A stretch of DNA of 43,118 bases from a virus (Duplodnaviria; Heunggongvirae; Uroviricota; Caudoviricetes): IMG/VR virus record IMGVR_UViG_2541047857_000011; one strand, 5' to 3'. A program made the position numbers and the translations under genes. Below the pieces are notes generated by a model that was not told where the DNA came from, did not search any database, and saw only the letters and a program-made list of their open reading frames with translations. This document shows, one piece after another, positions 1 through 8,128 of the stretch. Positions within the stretch are counted from its first letter, which is position 1; every line of letters starts with the position of its first letter.

Positions 1-2109
1 TTACACCATACTGTTAACCTGGCCGGGTAATTCGCTAGCTGGAATACGAAAGGTATACCAGGCATAACGACAGCGTTTCCACAGGCTGGAGAAATGGAGA
101 TGATAAAGGCAATCTGCAATAATTTCGTTATCTGGATATAAAGACTCGGCAAAATGTGTCCAGCGCGCACTGAGTTTCATGTTAAACAGTTTTTCATCTT
201 CTTTGTTACCATACAGGCGCGACAAAGTAATCATTGCTTCGAGCGTACCTTTATTCGCTTCTTCTTGTACCTGTTGGAGGTGCAAATGAGCAAGTGAGAG
301 TTCTTTCACCTCAAAGATATTAAGTAAAAAAAGCCCCCATGCTTTTTCATGTCCAGCTTCATGAGCCAGAAATAAATTGTCAAGGAGATTTTTTTCATAA
401 ATAGCCCGTGTTTCTTTAGAAATTTCTTGTTTATTTAGTGCCTGGTAGCAGATAGCAATGCTAAAATAAATATTTTGTAGATCTTGTTGATGTTCGCTAT
501 AACCATAATTTTTTACCAGTGGATAAGATACCGAGCTATGGAAATTTAGGTCATCTTGAAGTATTTTAAGTGCCCGTCGAAAATACTCCAAAGCTGTAGA
601 TGGTTCATAAGGTAATTTTGTATTGTCTTCCTTATCCAAATATTCAAGAGCAACTAAATTTAATGCGGCAGGAATATTTCTTTGCTTACCAATTGTCGCA
701 AGCGGAATGAAATAATCAGAAAGGTCAAACCAACTCAAATCTTTTATTGCCGACCGCCAATTATGATTGTATTTAATGTCACTAGCTTTTTCCAGCCAAG
801 CATCGCCCTGCCCTTCATCTTTTTCAAAACCCAAAATACCCTCTCGCTGGAAAAACCCCCTATAAATAACAGGTGTAGCATAAGTTGTATTCTGTGAATT
901 TTGGCAGATAAAATTATATATCCAGAATGAATCTGGATAATAACTTAATGCAAATTTTATCGCGTACGCAGTGTAATAATTATTGAGCTTCATGTCTTCC
1001 ATCACCGCTCGCTGTATACAGCACCACAACTTATCGTGATCGTTCTGCTTGTTATAGCAGGCAAGTAACCACTCTAGGGCATTATGGCGACATTCCTGAA
1101 ATTGTGCGTACTGAGCAATATTCTCTGCTAAGTCGATTGCATATTGTTGCTCCTCGGGCGCAATGTCCTCAATGCTGACATCTCGGTAATCATCCCACCA
1201 AAGTAAGAGATCCATATAGTCATGTTCTTCGGTAGATAAGTGCTTACAGGTTACTGAATCCAGCAATTCGGAAATTTCTTTATGCGACCCTCCCCAGCGT
1301 GGCATTCGAAATGGTATATATTCAACAAAAGGATAAAAAGTGTGAGGAAAAATAGTCAGGCAAACAGAAAGCCAATATTTTTGCCCACCATCATCATCAT
1401 ACTCAGGAAGTATATTGGGGCGAGGCAAAACGGGGCATATTGCATGCTCAAACGAAAGTCCGGAATACGCCATCAACGCTTCCACTTCTTGCGGGGAGCG
1501 GCGGTGATAATTTTTCAGTGCGATCATTAATGGTATTCCTGCGACACTATCACCGTTAAGGTGTGCCGCCAGCCAGGCTGGCTGACCAAATACTTTTGAG
1601 TTGGTGCTGGTAAGTAATGCAGCCATCCATTGTCGTGGGTCACAATCAATTGCTTTAAGTGTAGCGATGACCATTTGTTCATTACATGCACCAGCACAAA
1701 GCCACATTGCATGTGTGGTATCATTTGCCCAGCCATAACTGCGATATAACCATGCACGGTGATTCCAGTATTGTGCTTCGGCAAGCCAGGCATGTGTAGA
1801 ATGAGGTCTTGCTTGCTGCCAGGTTTTAATGAGTCTTAAACCTTCTGTTCCGGCATCAACTAGCGTGTTCATATCATAAAAATAGTTGCACATTTGGGTC
1901 CAGGATAAAAAATAGCGCTTTTCAGCCTGACGAGAAGTGAAACTCTCCTGTAATACCTGGTTATAAATTTCATCTAGTTCCTGATAACGTTTTTCTTGTA
2001 ACATATAAGGAATATTTGCGATTTGCCATTTTCTCTCAAGAGTATTAAGTGGCATTTTTTGGTCACACATCTTTTGCATTGCACTGAGTAAACGAGCATC
2101 CTGTTCCAT
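1..2109 (-). CDS. Hypothetical protein, ~702 aa, third gene of an AT-rich operon; Trp-rich, no motif recognised
   Basis: Complete ORF with stop at 1-3. Start chosen at ATG 2107-2109 (MEQDARLL) because AAGGA lies 7 nt upstream; track alternative start is 2148. Lies 10 nt after the stop of the upstream gene. Visibly AT-rich compared with yegQ. Confidence 0.55.
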   Translation of the reverse strand: MEQDARLLSAMQKMCDQKMPLNTLERKWQIANIPYMLQEKRYQELDEIYNQVLQESFTSRQAEKRYFLSWTQMCNYFYDMNTLVDAGTEGLRLIKTWQQARPHSTHAWLAEAQYWNHRAWLYRSYGWANDTTHAMWLCAGACNEQMVIATLKAIDCDPRQWMAALLTSTNSKVFGQPAWLAAHLNGDSVAGIPLMIALKNYHRRSPQEVEALMAYSGLSFEHAICPVLPRPNILPEYDDDGGQKYWLSVCLTIFPHTFYPFVEYIPFRMPRWGGSHKEISELLDSVTCKHLSTEEHDYMDLLLWWDDYRDVSIEDIAPEEQQYAIDLAENIAQYAQFQECRHNALEWLLACYNKQNDHDKLWCCIQRAVMEDMKLNNYYTAYAIKFALSYYPDSFWIYNFICQNSQNTTYATPVIYRGFFQREGILGFEKDEGQGDAWLEKASDIKYNHNWRSAIKDLSWFDLSDYFIPLATIGKQRNIPAALNLVALEYLDKEDNTKLPYEPSTALEYFRRALKILQDDLNFHSSVSYPLVKNYGYSEHQQDLQNIYFSIAICYQALNKQEISKETRAIYEKNLLDNLFLAHEAGHEKAWGLFLLNIFEVKELSLAHLHLQQVQEEANKGTLEAMITLSRLYGNKEDEKLFNMKLSARWTHFAESLYPDNEIIADCLYHLHFSSLWKRCRYAWYTFRIPASELPGQVNSMV

Positions 2110-2119
2110 AGATATCCTT

Positions 2120-2836
2120 TTAATTAGGTTCAAAAATTTTAAATTCATTCCACGGCAATTTTTTCCAGTTACTGGATGGATCTTTCAACCATGCAGTGAC
2201 TTCCTTTAAATCACGGTTCGCAGTGGCGACGGGGGTATCGTATATCATTAACCATTTTTGTCGGGCGCGAACATAAGCACTGGCATAATCTTCCCATGAA
2301 GCGAAACAATCTTGTGCTCTTTGAGCATTCAGTAATAACACTATCCAGGCCTGGTTTTCATCGCACCAGCCTAAACCGGCGATGCAACGAGTTAAAAAAG
2401 CAGTGCGCATACAGTCAAACGCCAGCCCATCCAGAACCTGGCCTTGTGCTGCCAGTTGTTCGTAAAAATCATGTGGAGAATTACCAAGCCCTGTAGCCCA
2501 GCGCTGTAATATAACGCCAATTTGTTGACGGAAATCTTCGTTGCTTTGGTAAGTTTCTGTTCCTAGCTCTTGTTTAACCTGTAGTGCAAGTTGTTGACGC
2601 TTATCATCAGTCAACTTTAAATCTAACGTGAAGCCATTTACTGACAGTCCATTACGACGAGCAACTATATCACCAATTGCTAATGCCCACTTACGTCTCT
2701 TTGTTGCTCGTCTTTTGTCCTTGATTAGATCCTTTTCTTTTTCTTTAGCAATAAAAGCATCGATTTGTGGTTTGTTTTTTTTGTATCTATAGATAAAAAT
2801 AAATATTGCGACCAGGAGAACAATGATAAGACTCAT
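2120..2836 (-). CDS. Membrane-anchored hypothetical protein, 238 aa; N-terminal TM helix; C-terminal region resembles DUF1266-type proteins (tentative)
   Basis: Hydrophobic N-terminus MSLIIVLLVAIFIFIY followed by a Lys/Arg-rich stretch. Start ATG overlaps the stop of the upstream gene (ATGA at 2836-2839). The DUF1266 resemblance is from memory, not a search. Confidence 0.55.
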   Translation of the reverse strand: MSLIIVLLVAIFIFIYRYKKNKPQIDAFIAKEKEKDLIKDKRRATKRRKWALAIGDIVARRNGLSVNGFTLDLKLTDDKRQQLALQVKQELGTETYQSNEDFRQQIGVILQRWATGLGNSPHDFYEQLAAQGQVLDGLAFDCMRTAFLTRCIAGLGWCDENQAWIVLLLNAQRAQDCFASWEDYASAYVRARQKWLMIYDTPVATANRDLKEVTAWLKDPSSNWKKLPWNEFKIFEPN

Positions 2837-4050
2837 TATTTTTCAACCTCTGACAGGGGTAAGTAATGAGATGTCTGTAATGTCAAACTCTCTATCTCAA
2901 AGGAAATGTTGCTGATATTTTGACCTGCAAATTGCGGATGCCACTCAGCGCCAGGGAATAACATTTCCGCAGAAGTAGCAACTATAGGGTCAATAGCATT
3001 AAGATAATGTAACTTATCAGGTGCGCTGTGTAACAGTAACCACTGCAACTCCACTGAAGGATTTGTAAAATGTTCTAATAAATGAAAGTTATTATGTAGT
3101 ACGCTTAGTAAAAAACTGGTTTCGTATACTTCCGTTACATATTTCCACCCCTGATATTCAGGTGTATTTTCATAAACAATACCCATACCTTCACAATCAC
3201 TATGTCGAACTGCTTGTGGTGATAATAGTTGCAAAAGAGACAAAACATCGTCCGCATATTTTTTAACTGGATGACGATTTTGCTTACCTTTTATTTGATC
3301 AATTTCAAGTGAATCACCAACAACATTGAGAGCAATAGTAACATGAGGAATATTATTATTATCACGCAAACTGAATAACCGTAATTTATGTTGCTCAATT
3401 TGATTTGCATAATACTCACCATAACCACCGGTAAGATTTTTTCGATCATCAAACTGGCCTACGCAATGTTGCATATGCCATGATTCATAAGCCATTTCAC
3501 GACGAAGGTTCGAATGACTGGCATCAAACTCAACAATTTTTCCGTCTGGCACATCAAGTATTGACTTTACAGTATTTTGTTCACTCGGCTGCCACCCTTT
3601 CTCGCGTCGTTGAAGCATCTTTTCATGCTCTTCTTCACGCATTCTGAACGCAACGTAGCAGGTTATGCGCTGTAGTTTTGATTCCAGACGGGTACCACAT
3701 TTCCTGGAAAGAAATTCCACCAACTCCCGTTCTTTGGTTAATATTTGTTGATGATCGGTTTCGATATAATAAAGTGTCGCAGTTGATACTGAGGCAGTAT
3801 TAAACTTCGATACCAGCCATTCCGGGATTACATCATCATTTTTATTAAACAGTGAATATTCTGCAAGCGAGTTAATTTGTTGCACCATTGGAAAGTCACT
3901 AATTAGCCATCGATAAAAATGGTTGAGTAACCATTTTTGGATGGTCTCATTATCCTGGCGAAACAGACTTCTTTGCAAAATTGCTGTTTTTACTTCCGGG
4001 GCATTAATTACATCCCTTGCATTATAATTCTGGTGAATATTTCCAGTCAT
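2836..4050 (-). CDS. Hypothetical protein, 404 aa, first gene of the AT-rich operon
   Basis: Long ORF preceded by an AT-rich promoter-like region (4051-4270); translationally coupled to the downstream gene. Contains an HMQHCVGQ...YGEYY segment; no family assigned confidently. Confidence 0.55.
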   Translation of the reverse strand: MTGNIHQNYNARDVINAPEVKTAILQRSLFRQDNETIQKWLLNHFYRWLISDFPMVQQINSLAEYSLFNKNDDVIPEWLVSKFNTASVSTATLYYIETDHQQILTKERELVEFLSRKCGTRLESKLQRITCYVAFRMREEEHEKMLQRREKGWQPSEQNTVKSILDVPDGKIVEFDASHSNLRREMAYESWHMQHCVGQFDDRKNLTGGYGEYYANQIEQHKLRLFSLRDNNNIPHVTIALNVVGDSLEIDQIKGKQNRHPVKKYADDVLSLLQLLSPQAVRHSDCEGMGIVYENTPEYQGWKYVTEVYETSFLLSVLHNNFHLLEHFTNPSVELQWLLLHSAPDKLHYLNAIDPIVATSAEMLFPGAEWHPQFAGQNISNISFEIESLTLQTSHYLPLSEVEK

Positions 4051-4537
4051 AACATCCGCCCGTGTTTATTATATCACTCAAAGCAATAATTGTTGACTAT
4101 AGATTTTTTATCTAAATCAGCATGGTTGCAGGTACATACTCAAGTAAGCCACTCAAGAAAATAACGTAAACTCAATAGTGGCAGCGTCACAAACTTTGGA
4201 AATTATGTCTTATATTTGCAGTTTATTTTAGTGAATAATTGAGATAAATGACATTATTTTACATCCTCAATAATTCAGGCTGTAAGAGGACGGCAAATAC
4301 ATTCATAATTATCAGGGGATGAACATTCAGGAAAGTAGTCAGTATCGTCAACTTTTTCTTTTATCACTACATGAAGATTTCGTGTAGATACTCCCATCTC
4401 TGCCACTTCTCCCCTCACATTTACACTGGAGCTAAACCCGCCGATTGCGCTACAATGCCCGCCCTTAAAGTGGGGGCACTCCCCTAACCGCTTCATCAGG
4501 TGAAGCGGCTCTGACCTGTCATCAGAACGAGAGAATT

Positions 4538-5899
4538 ATGTTTAAACCGGAACTCCTTTCCCCGGCGGGAACGCTGAAAAATATGCGTTACGCTTTCGCT
4601 TATGGCGCAGATGCTGTTTATGCGGGCCAGCCGCGTTACTCCCTGCGTGTACGCAACAACGAATTCAACCACGAAAATCTTCAGCTCGGCATCAATGAAG
4701 CCCACGCGCTGGGGAAAAAGTTTTATGTCGTGGTCAACATTGCACCGCACAACGCCAAGCTGAAAACCTTTATCCGTGACCTGAAACCGGTGGTGGAAAT
4801 GGGGCCGGATGCGCTGATTATGTCCGATCCAGGGCTGATTATGCTGGTGCGTGAACACTTCCCGGAAATGCCAATCCACCTCTCGGTACAGGCTAACGCC
4901 GTAAACTGGGCGACGGTGAAATTCTGGCAGCAAATGGGTCTGACCCGCGTGATCCTCTCTCGCGAACTGTCACTGGAAGAGATTGAAGAGATCCGCAATC
5001 AGGTGCCGGATATGGAGATCGAAATCTTCGTTCACGGCGCGCTGTGCATGGCCTACTCCGGTCGCTGCCTGCTCTCTGGCTATATCAACAAGCGCGACCC
5101 GAACCAGGGCACCTGCACCAACGCCTGCCGCTGGGAGTACAATGTCCAGGAAGGGAAAGAAGATGACGTCGGCAACATCGTACACAAGTACGAGCCGATT
5201 CCGGTGCAAAATGTTGAGCCGACGCTGGGTATCGGCGCGCCAACCGACAAAGTGTTTATGATCGAAGAAGCCCAGCGTCCGGGCGAGTATATGACCGCGT
5301 TTGAAGATGAGCACGGCACTTACATCATGAACTCGAAAGATCTGCGCGCCATCGCCCATGTTGAACGCCTGACCAAAATGGGCGTGCATTCGCTGAAAAT
5401 CGAAGGCCGTACCAAATCTTTCTACTATTGCGCACGCACCGCGCAGGTTTACCGTAAAGCTATCGATGACGCCGCTGCGGGCAAACCGTTCGATACCAGC
5501 CTGCTGGAAACGCTGGAAGGTCTGGCGCATCGTGGCTATACCGAAGGTTTCCTGCGTCGTCATACCCACGACGATTATCAGAACTACGAATACGGTTATT
5601 CGGTTTCTGACCGCCAGCAGTTTGTTGGTGAGTTTACCGGTGAGCGCAAGGGGGAGCTCGCGGCGGTAGCGGTGAAAAATAAATTCTCCGTTGGCGACAG
5701 CCTTGAGCTGATGACGCCGCAAGGCAACATTAACTTTACCCTTGAGCATATGGAAAACGCCAAAGGTGAAGCGATGCCGGTCGCACCAGGCGATGGTTAT
5801 ACTGTGTGGCTCCCGGTGCCGCAGGATCTTGAGCTAAATTACGCGCTGCTGATGCGTAATTTCTCCGGGGAAACCACGCGTAACCCCCACGGTAAGTGA
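4538..5899 (+). CDS. yegQ: U32-family peptidase-like protein YegQ (tRNA hydroxylation protein TrhP)
   Basis: 453-aa ORF whose N-terminus (MFKPELLSPAGTLKNMRYAFAYGADAVYAGQPRY...) matches E. coli YegQ as I remember it; conserved position immediately upstream of cyaR. Confidence 0.9.
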   Translation: MFKPELLSPAGTLKNMRYAFAYGADAVYAGQPRYSLRVRNNEFNHENLQLGINEAHALGKKFYVVVNIAPHNAKLKTFIRDLKPVVEMGPDALIMSDPGLIMLVREHFPEMPIHLSVQANAVNWATVKFWQQMGLTRVILSRELSLEEIEEIRNQVPDMEIEIFVHGALCMAYSGRCLLSGYINKRDPNQGTCTNACRWEYNVQEGKEDDVGNIVHKYEPIPVQNVEPTLGIGAPTDKVFMIEEAQRPGEYMTAFEDEHGTYIMNSKDLRAIAHVERLTKMGVHSLKIEGRTKSFYYCARTAQVYRKAIDDAAAGKPFDTSLLETLEGLAHRGYTEGFLRRHTHDDYQNYEYGYSVSDRQQFVGEFTGERKGELAAVAVKNKFSVGDSLELMTPQGNINFTLEHMENAKGEAMPVAPGDGYTVWLPVPQDLELNYALLMRNFSGETTRNPHGK

Positions 5900-5983
5900 T
5901 TAATTTCGATTATTTTTCCCGGATGGAAAATTCTTAGAAACCGATCACATACAGCTGCATTTATTAAGGTTATCATCCGTTTC

Positions 5984-6070
5984 GCTGAAAAACATAACCC
6001 ATAAAATGCTAGCTGTACCAGGAACCACCTCCTTAGCCTGTGTAATCTCCCTTACACGGGCTTATTTTTT
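5984..6070 (+). ncRNA. cyaR: CyaR (RyeE) Hfq-dependent sRNA
   Basis: Sequence GCTGAAAAACATAACCCATAAAATGCTAGCTGTACCAGGAACCACCTCCTTAGCCTGTGTAATCTCCCTTACACGGGCTTATTTTTT matches cyaR as I remember it, ending in its terminator hairpin and U-tract; TATCAT -10-like element at 5971-5976. Confidence 0.85.
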
Positions 6071-6071
6071 A
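6044..6071. repeat. Prophage att core, ogr-proximal copy, overlapping the cyaR 3' end
   Basis: AATCTCCCTTACACGGGCTTATTTTTTA is repeated exactly at 42446-42473 and contains the reverse complement of the 27-bp P2 att core AAAAAATAAGCCCGTGTAAGGGAGATT. Confidence 0.85.
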
Positions 6072-6133
6072 CGCGTAACACAATGAAATAAAAGGATTTA
6101 TTTCTGGTCACGTCCACACATTGACCACATCGA

Positions 6134-6158
6134 CAAAAAAGCCCCTCGACTGAGGGGC
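6134..6158 (-). terminator. Rho-independent terminator downstream of ogr
   Basis: Hairpin GCCCCTC-GACT-GAGGGGC followed on the minus strand by TTTTTTG. Confidence 0.6.
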
Positions 6159-6171
6159 TTCCTGTTTGTAA

Positions 6172-6390
6172 TTACATCCACATAATTTGCTGCCCTGACG
6201 GCAACGGGTGCGGTCTTACGGCGTGGACTTCTCCCGGCTTCACGATGTATCGCTGTACCGACTCATAAGTGATGAATGTGGCGCTGCAATTCACGTTCTG
6301 ACACTGGTGATAACGCTCTTTTGTCGTGTCAGTGATATAGCGGCTTGTACGCGCATGTGCGGCATGCTGGCATAAAGGACAATGAAACAT
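6172..6390 (-). CDS. ogr: P2 Ogr late-gene transcriptional activator (zinc finger), 72 aa
   Basis: Translation MFHCPLCQHAAHARTSRYITDTTKERYHQCQNVNCSATFITYESVQRYIVKPGEVHAVRPHPLPSGQQIMWM matches P2 Ogr. Start set at the ATG at 6388-6390, downstream of the track's longest ORF. Confidence 0.9.
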   Translation of the reverse strand: MFHCPLCQHAAHARTSRYITDTTKERYHQCQNVNCSATFITYESVQRYIVKPGEVHAVRPHPLPSGQQIMWM

Positions 6391-6471
6391 CGCGAGCACC
6401 TCTTCCGGTTTTGTTGATGGTGCCATTTTAGTTAATTTATCCTTATAAAACAAACAGATAAATAAATTACA

Positions 6472-7635
6472 TCACTCATCATCTTCTGTTTCGTACTCCA
6501 CATCAGAAAGCCTGACCTCAAGCTCTAAGGACGTCGTGAAGCCGCTATTATTCAGAAAATGTGTCACCTTAGTGATTGTCCAGTCCTGCTCGTCTATGAC
6601 GCGCTTAAAGCCTGATACTTTAACCGGTGTTTCCGTGTAAATATCAGCACGACCGGTAGCCAGGCTGATGGAGAACTCCGCAACGCCCCGTTGCAGTTTA
6701 TCCCACTTCGCCTGAGCGGCACGCATGGCCTGTGCTTTCGTGGCATATACCGTGGTCAGGGCAAAAACGTTGTCAGCCTCACCGGCCATGTATTCACCTT
6801 CGCGCGCTTCCGGTACTCTTGGCGCTTTCTTCTGCCTGACCGGTTTTGCTTTCGGGTGCTCCAGTGCGCGCAGGTGTTTTTCTTTCTTTTTGCGTTTCAG
6901 TTTTACCTTCTGCTTTTGCGGCTTCGGGTCTTTGGTGTGTAACCACTTTGCCGTTACGCCGGTATAGGCTCCACGGTCAGCAATCGCAAAATGATGGCGG
7001 TCGCCGTCGCTGCGGGTGATGGTGACCTGCGGGATTTTTTTACCGCTGGCCGTCACCCCCTGCCCCGCTTTGAGAAACAGCAGTTTTCCCATTTTTACCG
7101 ACACCTCACCGCCGTTGCGTTCTGCAAGACGGGTCAGGAATTTCGCATCAGACTCCTGCGACTGGTCGATGTGCGGAATTTTAATTCCGGCCAGTGACGG
7201 AGCGATACTGGCTTCCAGCCTGTTACGGGAGGCAATCGCCTCAACAATCGCACCGAGCGTGGTGTCATGCCAGGAGCCTTCCCGGCGGGAATTGAGCGTC
7301 CCGCGAAAATCTGCACTCCGGGCGCGGATGGTGACCACATCCGGCGCGCCCCGGTGTTCAACCTCATCAACGGTAAATTTCCCTTTGCATACCAGGGCAA
7401 AACCTTTCCAGCCGATATACACCGTCAGGACAGCGCCACGAACCGGCAGCCCGACCTGCCCGTCGGCATCGTTCAGTTCAATATCAAGCTGGTCAGCCTC
7501 AAAGCCCCGGTTATCCGTCAGGGTCATGCTCATCAGACGGTCGCTGATATTGCCGGTAATATCCCTGCTGTCGAGCATCAGCATGTAATCCGGCGTCAGC
7601 GTACTGCCTGCATCAAATGTCAGCGCATCCAGCAT
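6472..7635 (-). CDS. D: P2 gpD-like tail protein
   Basis: 387 aa, same size and position as P2 D between U and ogr. Confidence 0.85.
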   Translation of the reverse strand: MLDALTFDAGSTLTPDYMLMLDSRDITGNISDRLMSMTLTDNRGFEADQLDIELNDADGQVGLPVRGAVLTVYIGWKGFALVCKGKFTVDEVEHRGAPDVVTIRARSADFRGTLNSRREGSWHDTTLGAIVEAIASRNRLEASIAPSLAGIKIPHIDQSQESDAKFLTRLAERNGGEVSVKMGKLLFLKAGQGVTASGKKIPQVTITRSDGDRHHFAIADRGAYTGVTAKWLHTKDPKPQKQKVKLKRKKKEKHLRALEHPKAKPVRQKKAPRVPEAREGEYMAGEADNVFALTTVYATKAQAMRAAQAKWDKLQRGVAEFSISLATGRADIYTETPVKVSGFKRVIDEQDWTITKVTHFLNNSGFTTSLELEVRLSDVEYETEDDE

Positions 7636-8114
7636 TATCCCGCCCCCGTCATACCCGTGAATTTAGTCGCCATACTGCCAGCCTTACCGATGAGCGATTC
7701 CGCCTGTTTACCGATATCGCCATAAAGCGCGGCCAGTGATTCATCAACGCGGGTGAGCGACAGCGTAAAATCAATTTTTCGGGGTGTGCCGTCTGCAAAG
7801 AAAATACTCCCTGTTTCACTCACCCTGCTGATGACATACATGCCGTAAATCATGCCGGTGCCATCCAGCAACGGCCACGCCCGGCCTTCCTCTGCCATCA
7901 GTCTGAGCGTGGTCATCGTCAGCTTTCCGCCGGTCAGTTCTGGATAAAGCACACCGGCAAGCGTAATGTTTTCCTCACCCACACCGAGAAACTGGTAGGC
8001 ATCCCGTTTGCCGATACGGGAATTTGACGGCCAGCGATAATCTGATTCACGCTGCATGGTCTGGTGTGGCAGCGTCTGGCGCATAAAAACAAACATACCT
8101 AACGCGAGCATCAT
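7635..8114 (-). CDS. U: P2 gpU-like tail protein
   Basis: 159 aa, in P2 order T-U-D; stop overlaps the D start. Confidence 0.85.
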   Translation of the reverse strand: MMLALGMFVFMRQTLPHQTMQRESDYRWPSNSRIGKRDAYQFLGVGEENITLAGVLYPELTGGKLTMTTLRLMAEEGRAWPLLDGTGMIYGMYVISRVSETGSIFFADGTPRKIDFTLSLTRVDESLAALYGDIGKQAESLIGKAGSMATKFTGMTGAG

Positions 8115-8128
8115 TTTTCGTCACCTCC

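Noticed and set aside
4275-4496. 73-aa Cys-containing ORF on the minus strand between the island and yegQ
   Set aside because: No Shine-Dalgarno sequence; its start lies inside the yegQ leader hairpin; composition looks like non-coding leader DNA. Probably spurious.
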